From an uncultured delta proteobacterium (lineage in GTDB: Bacteria > Desulfobacterota > Syntrophobacteria > Syntrophobacterales > Syntrophobacteraceae): DNA of 64,000 nt. The notes under the pieces were generated by a model that made no database searches, had not been told where the DNA came from, and worked only from the letters and a program-made list of their open reading frames with translations. Below are positions 21,947 to 32,098 of the stretch, one piece after another. The first letter of the stretch is position 1, and every line of letters begins with the position of its first letter. The translations under genes were made by a program, and so were the position numbers. Where the stretch lies: positions 1 through 64,000 of the forward strand of contig CAWEHK010000050.1 in the NCBI GenBank assembly GCA_963808625.1, given 5' to 3'.

Positions 21947-23841
21947 TTACGCGGCCTTTTTCTTGGAAAGCGCCAGCATTTTGATGCGCAGATAATCTTC
22001 CTTGGCTTCCTTGTCCTTGGGATCGAGCTTCAACAACTGGTCCAGTTTCTTCAAGGCTTCCGAATAATCACCTGAGGTTTCATAAAGGTTCGCAGCCTGC
22101 CGCAGGTGCTTTTTCTCCTTGGGTTGCAGCCGGATCAAGTCTTCCAGTTCCTTGAGCGCGCCCTTGTTATCGCCAAGTTTGAGCTGGGCATACAACAAAT
22201 AGTTGTGCACGGCGACCAGTTCCGGATGGTGCTGGGCGGCGTTCCGGAAAAACGTCACCATTCCTTTGTAGTCCTTCTTCTCGTCATAGGAAGTGAAGAT
22301 CGCTTCATAATAATTCGAGTTCTTGGGGTCCAACTGGGCGAGGGTCTGCAGCACTTCCGCCTCCCCTTTCTCATTTTTCGTCTTGCGGTAGAGGTCCAGA
22401 AGATATTTCCTGGATTCCACGTCCCTCGGGTCGGAGGCGGCGATGGCTTCAAAACACTCGGCAGCCTTGTCCCATTTCTTGCCCTGGTAATAAAGAACCC
22501 CCAGATTGTAATGCACCGTCCGGTTCTTGGGCTGGATCTGGGCAAGCTTCTCATAAGCCGCCTGGAGGCCCGCCTTGTCTTTCGTCTTTTCGAGGATGCC
22601 GACCAGCTTCAGCAGGGCTTCCTTGTGCTGAGGATTTTTCTGGAGGACCGTCTCATAAGTCGTCCGCGCTTGCGACAGGGCGCCCCTCTTTTCCTGCAGT
22701 TCGCCAAGCTGCATCCAGCTCTTGATATCGTTAGGATTCTTTTGCAGGTAGCGTTCCAGGGCCTGCGTCGCTTTGTCCGAATCCTCCCCCTGTTGATAGG
22801 TTACCGCCAGGTTGTACAGGACATCCGGGTCTTTCACTCCGGCCTTGATGGCCCTTTCATAGGCCGCCGACGCCTTGGACCAGTTCTTTGTCTGCGCGCT
22901 CAGCTCTGCCAGCAGGAGCAGTACGGAACTTTGAAAGGCCTTGGGGAACTCCTGCTGATGCTTATCGAGGAACTTTATCGCCTCGTCCTTCGATTTATGC
23001 TTCTGCAGATATTGCAGGAATTCTTTAAAAACATCCTGGTCCTCGGACATCTTAAGAAGGTCGAGGTGCGTCTTCAACGCCTCGTCTACACGATTGCGAG
23101 CCTGGTAAGCCAGAAGGAGCCGCTCCAGAATCGACCTGGATTTTCCCGATTCATCAATCTCCTCGTAAAGCCTGGCAGCGGGATCGTATTTCTTGTTATC
23201 AAAATAGGCGCCGGCTAACTGCGTCTTGACCAAAACGTTTCCCGGGTTCTCTTTCAGGGCTTTTTCCAGGAAACCGATCTTCTGATCCACATTGGGTGTC
23301 GCATTGGCCTTTTGCAGCCAGTCCTTGGCGTCAAGCCGGACCAGAAAGGAAACATCACCAAGGTTTGGCCCCACGACAGGGTCTTGATTTCGATGGTCCG
23401 GGGGATTTCGAAGGATTCCCGAGGCATGAGTTCTTTAATCGTTACCGGGGCTTTACGCATTCGCGCCACATCGAGGTCCGGGGACTCGACGCGCGTACCC
23501 CACGAGAGCCAGCCGTCCGTTTGCACTTCCAGCAGCTGCAAGGAGTCGCGTGGGTTCAAAACGCCCTGTGAACCAGGCATGAGAATGACTTCCTTGCTGT
23601 TGTGGGTGAAGCGCAAGGCCACCAGTTTTTTAGGGAAGGGCATGAAGGAAGTCAGGGAATGGGGGGCCTCGGAACGAAAGACCAGGACTGACGCACCTCC
23701 GATCAGGACGAGCAAAATAACCATGACCACAACCCGCAGAGGACGCCGCTTTTTCTTTTTAGGGGGAGAACGTCTAGCCGCTGCTTGCGGAAACGATCTC
23801 TCTATACTGTAGGGATAGTTCCCACGCCTTCTATTAGCCAT
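21947..23841 (-). CDS. Membrane-anchored tetratricopeptide-repeat protein; frameshift near 23360
   Basis: N-terminal basic stretch plus TM helix (VVVMVILLVLIGGASVLVF); multiple TPRs (VLYNLAVTY, VHYNLGVLYY). Confidence 0.85.
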
Positions 23842-23852
23842 TACCTTCTGTC

Positions 23853-24587
23853 CTACTTCTCCTCAAGATGCACCATCCGGTAGAGCCGCTGAATTTCTGC
23901 GGGCGTGAGCGGTCGATAGGTACCGGGGGCGATCTTCCCCAGTTTCAGCATGCCGTAGCCGGTCCTCTTGAGCCTCAGAACAGGGTACCCCACCGCCTCT
24001 CCCATGCGTTTGATCTGCCGGTTCCAGCCCTGATGCAGCACCATACGAAGCCAGGTGGCTTGAGGCAGGAAGCGCAAGATCCTGATTTCGGCAGGAGCGG
24101 TTACCCCTTCCGCCAGCCTGACCCCGGTGCGAAGCTGACGCAACGCGGTCTCATCCGGCTGCCCCTTCACTTTCACTTCGTAGGTCTTGGGAACTCCGTA
24201 ACGGGGATGCTGCAAGCGATTAGCCAGAGGTCCATCGTTCGTGAACAGGAGCAACCCCTCGGCATCATAATCCAGACGGCCCACCGGAAAGAGGCGAACT
24301 CCTAAATCGGGAATATAGTCAAAAACTGTCTTGCGTCCTTGCGGGTCCCTGGTTGTTGTAACACATAGCCTGGGCTTATTGAAGAGGAGATAGCTCTTCG
24401 GTTGCGGAGCAGACACGGGAACATGATCGAGGCAGACCCGGTCGTGTTGAAGGTCCACCTGCTCACCCATGTCGGTTACCACCCGGTCATTTACCGAAAT
24501 CCGACCCTGCCGGATGAGCTCCTCGGCTGCCCGCCGGGACGCAATGCCCGCTTGCGCGAGAGCTTTCTGAAGTCGCACCGCTTTCAT
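23853..24587 (-). CDS. rluB: rRNA pseudouridine synthase (RsuA/RluB family)
   Basis: S4 domain RLQKALAQAGIASRR; catalytic VGRLDYDAEGLLL; GWNRQIKRM. Confidence 0.88.
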   Translation of the reverse strand: MKAVRLQKALAQAGIASRRAAEELIRQGRISVNDRVVTDMGEQVDLQHDRVCLDHVPVSAPQPKSYLLFNKPRLCVTTTRDPQGRKTVFDYIPDLGVRLFPVGRLDYDAEGLLLFTNDGPLANRLQHPRYGVPKTYEVKVKGQPDETALRQLRTGVRLAEGVTAPAEIRILRFLPQATWLRMVLHQGWNRQIKRMGEAVGYPVLRLKRTGYGMLKLGKIAPGTYRPLTPAEIQRLYRMVHLEEK

Positions 24588-24603
24588 GAGATGTTTATTT
24601 TTT

Positions 24604-24800
24604 CACCACAGTCACTCATGTCCCTTCGGGACACCCGAAGACACATGAAAAGCTGCACGGTGGCGACCAGACCGACTCGGTATCCAAAACCGAGTCGGTC
24701 TTTGAAGGTGGCCTGCCCACCATGACTTCGGAGCAGAGAACCCAGAGAGCGCAGAGAGAATCATTGGCTTTCTCTGTGATCGCAGCGTCCTCTGTGGTTC
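24604..24800. repeat. Composite palindromic repeat (ACCGCAGAG/ACCACGAAG 9-mer family)
   Basis: catgtcccttcgggacacccgaagacacatgaaaa ... cggagcagagaacccagagagcgcagagag ... tttctctgtgatcgcagcgtcctctgtggt; a similar copy lies at 25886-26018. Confidence 0.75.
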
Positions 24801-25854
24801 ACTCATAAGTCTTCCAAAACGAAGTTTTTCGTCCCAAACGAGTATTACTCATCCGTTCCACCGATCCCAGCCCAACTGCCCCTCGGACTTCGTTTATCGT
24901 CCGGGTGGCCTCACTCCTTGCTTTCGCATTGCCGGCAGCAATGATTTCCCTGACTTTGTCCATATCCCGCTCCAGCTGGAGCCGCCGTTCCCGGAGGGGG
25001 CGCAGTTTTTCGAGCATATTTTTCGCCAGTCGCTGCTTGCACTCCACGCAACCCATTGCCGCCGAACGGCAGCCTTCCGCAACTTCCATCACTTCCGAAG
25101 CGGACGAGTACAGCTTGTGGTAGGCGAAAACCGTTGACAATTCAGGGTCCCCAGGATCAGACCGGCGCACCCGGTGGAAATCCGTCAGCATCCCGGAAAT
25201 CTTTTCCCTGACACTCTCTTCAGGCTCGGTAATGAAGATGGCATTGCCATAGCTCTTGCTCATCTTGCGGCCGTCGATGCCGGGCAGCACCGGCACCTCC
25301 GTGAGAAGCGGATCGGGAATAGGAAACACCTCACGGTCATACATGAAGTTAAAGCGCCGCGCAATCTCGCGCGTCAGTTCCACGTGCGGCAACTGGTCTC
25401 TCCCGACCGGCACCCCATGCGCTTTATAAATGATGATATCGGCCGCCTGAAGGACCGGATAGCCGAGAAATCCGTAGGTGGAAAGGTCCTTGCTATCGAG
25501 TTGCTGCTGTTGATCCTTGTAGGTGGGATTGCGCTCCAGCCAGGGCAAGGGCGTAATCATCCCGAGGAGGAGGTACAGCTCCGCATGCTCCTTGATGTCT
25601 GACTGGACAAAGAGCGTACAGTATTCAGGGTCAAGACCGGCACTCAACCAATCAAGGATCATCTCCCAGGTGTTGTTTTTGATCTCACCCGGCGTCGCAT
25701 AATCGGTGGTCAGCGCATGCCAGTCGGCAACGAAAAAGAAGCAGTCATACTGTTTTTGAAGTTCGATCCAGTTATCGAGGGCACCATGAAGATTTCCCAG
25801 GTGGAGCCGCCCCGTCGGGCGCATGCCGCTAAGAATGCGTTTCCTTTCAGCCAT
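24799..25854 (-). CDS. trpS: Tryptophan--tRNA ligase
   Basis: SGMRPTGRLHLGN, GYPVLQAADI, VPVGRDQ, KMSKS. Confidence 0.97.
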   Translation of the reverse strand: MAERKRILSGMRPTGRLHLGNLHGALDNWIELQKQYDCFFFVADWHALTTDYATPGEIKNNTWEMILDWLSAGLDPEYCTLFVQSDIKEHAELYLLLGMITPLPWLERNPTYKDQQQQLDSKDLSTYGFLGYPVLQAADIIIYKAHGVPVGRDQLPHVELTREIARRFNFMYDREVFPIPDPLLTEVPVLPGIDGRKMSKSYGNAIFITEPEESVREKISGMLTDFHRVRRSDPGDPELSTVFAYHKLYSSASEVMEVAEGCRSAAMGCVECKQRLAKNMLEKLRPLRERRLQLERDMDKVREIIAAGNAKARSEATRTINEVRGAVGLGSVERMSNTRLGRKTSFWKTYE

Positions 25855-25885
25855 TATTTTCCACTCCTTTTGAAATTCTTATCTT

Positions 25886-26018
25886 TCACCGCAGTCCATC
25901 ATGTCCCTTCAGGAGACCCGAAGACAAATGAAAAGTGACTTTTCGGAGCAGAGACGCAGAGCACGCAGAGAATTCTCATTTCCTGTCTTTCTCTGCGCTC
26001 TCTGCGTCTCGGCGGTGA
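25886..26018. repeat. Composite palindromic repeat, second copy flanking trpS
   Basis: catgtcccttcaggagacccgaagacaaatgaaaa ... cggagcagagacgcagagcacgcagagaa ... tttctctgcgctctctgcgtctcggcggtga. Confidence 0.75.
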
Positions 26019-26036
26019 GTATTTGCCTTCCTCAAA

Positions 26037-26720
26037 CTATCCGATCAATAGGCGCATGAAAACATCCATAATGGGATTGAGAAAATATCCCCACAGGTAC
26101 GAGCGCAATATGGGGATGCCGAGCACGAGCAAAAAGATCAACATCCCATAGCGTTCCATCGGCTCCATTTTGAGGGCCAGAGCATCCGGCAGGAGCCCGA
26201 CCAAGATCCTTCCGCCATCAAGAGGCAAAATGGGGATCAAATTGAATGCCATGAGCACCAGGTTAAAGGTGATCGAGATTCGCGCCATCAGGAAGAGCGG
26301 TTCGGCCACCCAGGAGACGGCGCTGCCGTCGGCAATCCATCCATGCTCGAATCCTGACAGGATAAGGTGGTAGGCCCCGGCGCTCAGCGCCGCCAAAAGC
26401 AAATTGGTCAGCGGACCGGAAAGGGCCACCAGGGCCATGTCTCGCCGTCCTCCGCGCAAATTGGCAAAATTGACCGGAACCGGTTTTGCCCAGCCGAACA
26501 GAAAGGGTGATTGAATGAGGAGGAGAACGATGGGAAGGATAACGGTTCCCAGCGGATCGATGTGCACCAGGGGGTTCAGCGTCAGCCGTCCCATGAGGCG
26601 CGCCGTGGGGTCGCCGCGTTTTTCAGCCACCCAACCATGCGCCACTTCATGAGCCACCACCGCAAACAGCAACGGGATAGCATACAGGGCTGCCTTCACC
26701 ACGATATCTTGCAGCATCAA
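26037..26720 (-). CDS. Site-2 protease (peptidase M50) family
   Basis: HEVAHG, GPLTN and FNLIPILPLDGG motifs. Confidence 0.93.
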   Translation of the reverse strand: MMLQDIVVKAALYAIPLLFAVVAHEVAHGWVAEKRGDPTARLMGRLTLNPLVHIDPLGTVILPIVLLLIQSPFLFGWAKPVPVNFANLRGGRRDMALVALSGPLTNLLLAALSAGAYHLILSGFEHGWIADGSAVSWVAEPLFLMARISITFNLVLMAFNLIPILPLDGGRILVGLLPDALALKMEPMERYGMLIFLLVLGIPILRSYLWGYFLNPIMDVFMRLLIG

Positions 26721-26776
26721 TTCTTTGCCCCCTCACAGGTTTCCGGCGCCGATGCCGGGAGGCGCTGCTTCGGAGG

Positions 26777-29431
26777 TCACAACCTCGCTCTGTGACTGCT
26801 CGAAAAGCTCCGGATAGCGGCCCTCAGGTAGGATAATTCTTCCTGACGGTTCCTGACCTCCCCATCCAGCCGCGCACTCAGCAGCTCATCGAGCATGGTT
26901 TTGTAGATGCGTCCGGGGGGAACCCCAAGCGCCTTTAGATCCTTGCCCCTGATTTCGGTGCTTACATGGCGATAGCGATGGAAATAGTGACTAATCGCCC
27001 GGGTAATGGCCTTCTTTTGCGCCCTGGCCATCATGTAAAGGAGCTCTTCCGGCCGCAACGGCTGAAGTGCCCGATAGATATCACTGGGGCGATGATCAGG
27101 CAACAGGAAAAACCCGCGCAGCAATTCCTCGGCCTTTTCGTAGGTCCAGAGCAACCGATCCTGCTGGCCGGCGGTCAGCTGGAGACGCTCACAAACCTCT
27201 CCCAGTTCCTCGCGGCGCAGACCGTAAAAGAGTCCGAGCAGGTAGACCCACCATCGCTCGAGCGGTTCATCCAGAAAGCTCAACTGATACCAGGACAGCA
27301 GTTCCCTCAGCCGCTGGAACAGTTCCTCCATTTTCTGGTCAAACCGCATCTTGGACAAGATCACCGGGAGCACGCCGAATTCGGCTATCCTCCGAAGCGC
27401 CGGGCTGGGATCATCTTCCATCAGGATCAGTTGCAGCTCATGGAAGAGGCGACGCCCGCCGAGCTTTTGGATCAACCCCATGCGGACGGCATTGCGGACG
27501 AGCGCGGCAGCTTGTTTCCCAATGCGAAACCCAAAACGCTGCTCAAAGCGAATGGCCCTCAAAATACGGGTCGGGTCCTCGACGAAACTCAAATTGTGCA
27601 GCACCCGGATGACCTTTTCCTTCAAGTCCCTCTGCCCGCCGAAAAAGTCGATCAGGTAACCGAAACTGGTCGGATTGAGGGAAATGGCCAAGGTATTGAT
27701 GGTGAAATCACGCCGGTAGAGGTCCATCTTGAGGGAACCGAACTCCACAATGGGAAGCGCCGCAGGGTACTGGTAATATTCGAAACGGGCGGTTGCGATA
27801 TCCACTCTTTGACCGTTGGGAAAGATGAGCACCGCGGTGTTGAATTTCTTGTGGGCGCGGACGCGCACCCCGTGTTCCTCGGCGAAGACCCTGGCGAATT
27901 CAATGCCGTCCCCTTCAACCACGACATCGATATCCAGATTGGGATGCCGCAGCAACAGGTCCCGGACGAAGCCCCCCACCGCATAGGCTTTAAAATGGAG
28001 CCGTTCCGCCAATTCGCCCAGGTCCCTCAAGATCCGGACGGCTTCGGGCGGCAGTTGTTCCAGAATAATGCCAATGATGTTCTTGCGCTTTGACCAGTGG
28101 GACTGGGCCGGGTCATCATAGAGCGCGCGCGGCACGTTGGAGCGGTCTGTGACCAGGAAGTTGAGCAGATCGCGGCGGGTGATCACCCCCACGACCTTGT
28201 CGTCTTCCACCACCGGGAGAATTCGCTGCTGGTTCTCAACCAGGTAAGTCTGAATCTCAAGCAGGGTAGCGGTCGGTTTTACCGTGAAGAAATCCCGACT
28301 CATGAACTCGCGAACAGGGAGCTGATCGAGCCCGTGAAACATGGCCTTTTCCAGGACCTGACGGTTGGCCAGGCCCACAATGACATCCTCTTCCATAACC
28401 GGCATGGCATTGATGTTATACCGGGTCATGATCTGGGCCGCTTCGCCGATCGGGGTCTCCGCCTCGGCATGAATCACCGGGCTGGTCATGAGATGTTCGG
28501 CCATGGGGAAGGGATTGATCAGGCTGCGCAACACCTCGACCAGCCGGTCTTCAGCCTGAATCAGCGTCATGTCCCGAATGGTCGCCGAGGCTGCCGTGCT
28601 GTGGCCGCCGCCTCCGAAATGAGTGGCCACCAGGCCCACATTCACTTCGGGGATGCGGCTTCGGGCAACGAGATAGATACGATCGTCCATGGCCGCAAGG
28701 GCGAAGATAACGTCAAGATTTTCAATATCTTTGAGCTTGTGGACCAAAACCGCAAAATCGCCCACGTACTTGTCGATGGCAACCGTGGTAATACAGACTT
28801 CAACGCCCTGGATATTATAGGTCCGGGCGGCAAGGAGCAACTCGTTCAGGAGACTCACCTGTTCCGCGGTCAGTTCCTGGGCAACCATATCGGCCACCAC
28901 ATTCAGGTCTGCCCCGCAGCGCCGGAGAAAGGCTGCCGCTTCGAAGTCTTCAGGGGTGGTCGAATTGAAGGTGAAGGAACCCGTATCTTCAAAAATCCCC
29001 AAACTCATCACGGTGGCCTCTTCGGCCGTGACCTGAAGGCGCCGTTCCCGGATCAGGTGCGTCAGGATGGTAACCGTCGCCCCCACGGGCCGGAGTTCCA
29101 TGAGCTGGCCTTTGATGTCATCTTCGGAATCCGGGTGATGGTCGTAGATGTGGATTTCGAGTTCCGGGCGGTCGATGATCTCCTGAAATTTGCCGATCCG
29201 CGAAAACTGGCGCGTATCGACCAGAATAAGCCGCTTGATCAGGGCCAGATCCACATCACGCAAGCGCTTGAAGTCATAGATATAGACCGTCGATTTCACA
29301 AAAAACTCGCGCAACGTTCGTTCCTGCGAACCGGGGAAGACCAGGACCGCTTCGGGGTATAGCTTCTTGGCCGCGATCATCGAACCCATCGCGTCAAAAT
29401 CAGCATTGACGTGCGTGGTAATCACTTCCAT
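26777..29431 (-). CDS. DHH-CBS-containing tRNA nucleotidyltransferase (A-adding/CCA-type)
   Basis: THVNADFD, DHH, GGGGH, two CBS domains, VGGFVRD...DIDVV, DLYRRDFTIN, EDPTRILRAIRF. Confidence 0.92.
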   Translation of the reverse strand: MEVITTHVNADFDAMGSMIAAKKLYPEAVLVFPGSQERTLREFFVKSTVYIYDFKRLRDVDLALIKRLILVDTRQFSRIGKFQEIIDRPELEIHIYDHHPDSEDDIKGQLMELRPVGATVTILTHLIRERRLQVTAEEATVMSLGIFEDTGSFTFNSTTPEDFEAAAFLRRCGADLNVVADMVAQELTAEQVSLLNELLLAARTYNIQGVEVCITTVAIDKYVGDFAVLVHKLKDIENLDVIFALAAMDDRIYLVARSRIPEVNVGLVATHFGGGGHSTAASATIRDMTLIQAEDRLVEVLRSLINPFPMAEHLMTSPVIHAEAETPIGEAAQIMTRYNINAMPVMEEDVIVGLANRQVLEKAMFHGLDQLPVREFMSRDFFTVKPTATLLEIQTYLVENQQRILPVVEDDKVVGVITRRDLLNFLVTDRSNVPRALYDDPAQSHWSKRKNIIGIILEQLPPEAVRILRDLGELAERLHFKAYAVGGFVRDLLLRHPNLDIDVVVEGDGIEFARVFAEEHGVRVRAHKKFNTAVLIFPNGQRVDIATARFEYYQYPAALPIVEFGSLKMDLYRRDFTINTLAISLNPTSFGYLIDFFGGQRDLKEKVIRVLHNLSFVEDPTRILRAIRFEQRFGFRIGKQAAALVRNAVRMGLIQKLGGRRLFHELQLILMEDDPSPALRRIAEFGVLPVILSKMRFDQKMEELFQRLRELLSWYQLSFLDEPLERWWVYLLGLFYGLRREELGEVCERLQLTAGQQDRLLWTYEKAEELLRGFFLLPDHRPSDIYRALQPLRPEELLYMMARAQKKAITRAISHYFHRYRHVSTEIRGKDLKALGVPPGRIYKTMLDELLSARLDGEVRNRQEELSYLRAAIRSFSSSHRARL

Positions 29432-29444
29432 GGTCGTTACCCAG

Positions 29445-30329
29445 TCAGGGACGAGGATGATATTTATGGTGAATTTCTTTGAGCCTGGTACGAGCCACAT
29501 GCGTATAGATCTGAGTGGTCGAAATGTCGGCATGTCCCAGCATGGTCTGGAGCGAGCGGAGGTCAGCGCCGTGTTCGAGCAGGTGGGTGGCGAAGGAATG
29601 GCGCAGCATGTGCGGCGAGATATTCTGCCGAATCTTTGCCTGCAGGGCATAGTGTTTGATGATTTTCCATACCCCCTGACGGGACAGGTTCTTGCCGCGA
29701 TGGTTGAGAAAGATCTCCGGCCTGGAGCCGCCCTTCAAAAGCAGGCTTCTTCCTTCCTCGAGGTAAACCTTCAGGGCTTCCGCCGCCCATTCCCCCAGCG
29801 GCACGAGCCGCTCTTTACCTCCTTTTCCAAGAACCACCAAATAGCCGGGATCGAGGTGCAGTTGCCGAAGCTGCAAATCCGTCAACTCGCTCACCCTTAG
29901 ACCCGTGGCGTAAAGCAACTCCAACATGGCCTTGTCCCGTTTCCCCAGCGGCTGCACCACATCCGGCTGCTGCAGCAGGGCTTCCACCTCCGGCCCGGAC
30001 AGCACCTTGGGCAGCGACAGTCCGGCCTTCGGAAAGGTGATTCTTGCTGCCGGATTGTCACGAATGGCCCCCAGCGTTTGCAGATGCTTGAAGAACGAGC
30101 GCAAGGCAGCGATGCGGCGGGCCTTGCTCCGGTCCGAAAGCCTCGCGGCAAGGGTTTGAAGATAACCAGAGATGTGGTCACGGGTCAGTTCATCCCAGTT
30201 CGCGATCCCTTTCGCCCTCAGAAACCCTTTGATCTCCTGCAAATCACTGCTGTACGCCGCCAGGGTATTGGCGCTCAACCCCCGTTCCACCGCAAGATAG
30301 CTCAGAAACCGGTCAATGAAATGATCCAT
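29445..30329 (-). CDS. xerD: Site-specific tyrosine recombinase XerD
   Basis: LLYATGLRVSEL, GKGGKER, SPHMLRHSFATHLL, LGHADISTTQIYTH, YHPRP. Confidence 0.95.
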   Translation of the reverse strand: MDHFIDRFLSYLAVERGLSANTLAAYSSDLQEIKGFLRAKGIANWDELTRDHISGYLQTLAARLSDRSKARRIAALRSFFKHLQTLGAIRDNPAARITFPKAGLSLPKVLSGPEVEALLQQPDVVQPLGKRDKAMLELLYATGLRVSELTDLQLRQLHLDPGYLVVLGKGGKERLVPLGEWAAEALKVYLEEGRSLLLKGGSRPEIFLNHRGKNLSRQGVWKIIKHYALQAKIRQNISPHMLRHSFATHLLEHGADLRSLQTMLGHADISTTQIYTHVARTRLKEIHHKYHPRP

Positions 30330-30421
30330 GCCCTTCGGACCTTGAATATCCTTTATGGTCTTTCGGGTGTTTCGTGTATTCCGTGGTGAAAGATGATGAC
30401 TAACTGTCGCAGAACTCCGGC

Positions 30422-32084
30422 TCAAGAAGGCCGGGGACTTTTTGCGCGCACGCTCGTGGTGTGGGTCTGAAAATGGTGATCCACCAGCAGCGAGGTATGA
30501 ACAAGGTCGCCCGAGCGTCGCGTGGAAATAATGTCAATATGGTGAGTTCTTCCCGCATAGTCAGGAAAGGTTATGCGCGTCCCATCTTCAAAGCCGCCCC
30601 GTTTAAACCAGACATCCGGCGGCAGCAGCCAGGTCTTCCCAAATTGCTCCGCAAAACGAAAATATTCCACGGCATCACGCGGGAAACTGGAGGTACAGGC
30701 AGAGTTCCTCATCACTTGCCGGCCGCCTTATCTGGGTCTCGAGCTCGCGCCGCCTGGCTTCCAGGTCCTCATCAGGAAGCTGCTGGATGCCTGCCTCATC
30801 CGCCAGGATCTGATACCACTTCTTGCCGTCCGCCCGATTGCTCTCCAGGACCTTCTGGTAGATCCAGTCCTGTGGTTCATGAAAGGGAAACGGACCGTAG
30901 CGGCCAAGCAGCAACCGTTTCAAATCGTCCGAAGGCCTTTCATAGCGCCCGTGAACGACATTGTTCAGGGCGGTGGTGAGCAGGATCTGGCTTCCCGGGG
31001 TGACCGACCAGATGTTCCCCAGTTCATCGTTCAACAGAATCAGTTCGCTGAAGACGTCGTGCATCCGTTCCACCAGTCCCAGTTGGTCGGCCTGCTCGAA
31101 AGCCATGCTGGCGGCCCCTCCGGTCAGTTTGTGCCGTTTTACGGTGGGGTCGATCCCCCGGAAGGGACTTTCAAATTGTTCGTACTGGCGTCTCTCGAGA
31201 CGCAGGATATCGGATGCATCCACCAAGGGCTGAACCCTGAAGCCGGGGGCTTTGTAGCCATAATCGTTGAGGGTTTGAATGAAGCTGAGCGCCGGGGCCT
31301 GGCTATAAATCCCGCCATACCCGTGGTCGGCTACCTCGACGATTTTGACTCCCTCCAGCACCGCAGAAACCATGCGGGCGAGATCGTTGCCATCGGTGTT
31401 ATGGCCATGATAGGCAAGCAGGAGGTCCGGGAACCTGCGGCGGATGGCCTGTACCAGTTCGGTGATGCGCCTGGGGGAACCGACCGCGGAGTGGTTCTTG
31501 ATACAAAGGACAAGGTCCTCACCCATTGCTGTAATGATCTCTTCAACCTTGGCCACGTAGAACTCATCGGTATGATCGATCCCGGTAGTAAAACAGATGC
31601 AGGGCATCAGAAGCCTTCCTGCCTTCTTCACCTCCTCGGCAACGACCAGCAGGTTCGGCACATGGTTCATAAAATCATAGATGCGCCAGACGTCTACGTA
31701 CTGGGAAAACAAGCGCACGGCAAGGCGGAGCACATTGTCGGGATAAGGCCGATACCCGAACAGGCTTCGGCCGCGGCACCCGGCCTGCAGCAGCGTGTTG
31801 GGCATCGACTGGCGCACCAGGCGGAGCTTTTCAAAAGGATTGATTTGTTTGCGCAGGAGATCCACGTGCACCGTAGCCCCGCCGGTTATTTCCATCGCGA
31901 AAAAACCCGCATCGTCCCGATAGGGAGCCACCTTCAGGGTGGTATGGGGCATGATGCGACCTTTGAAATCAGACTGGGAAACATCCCGTTCGTTGTTGGT
32001 CATGAAATAACCCGGGGTGCGATGCAGGGTATCGAGTATTTCCCGACCGGTCATTTGCGGGGTAATCCGTTCGCGCAATGACAT
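30422..32084 (-). CDS. Pyruvate carboxylase subunit B-like carboxyltransferase without a biotin-carrier domain; frameshift near 30678
   Basis: RDVSQS, EITGGAT, NPFEKL, GYRPYPDN, HGHNTDG, VTPGSQ. Translationally adjacent to the biotin carboxylase; no AMKM motif. Confidence 0.82.
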
Positions 32085-32098
32085 AAGCAACCTACTCC

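Noticed and set aside
29445..30329. xerD as the integrase for the attC-like sites or the islet
   Set aside because: Typical chromosomal XerD in a housekeeping operon, lacking the IntI-specific insertion.
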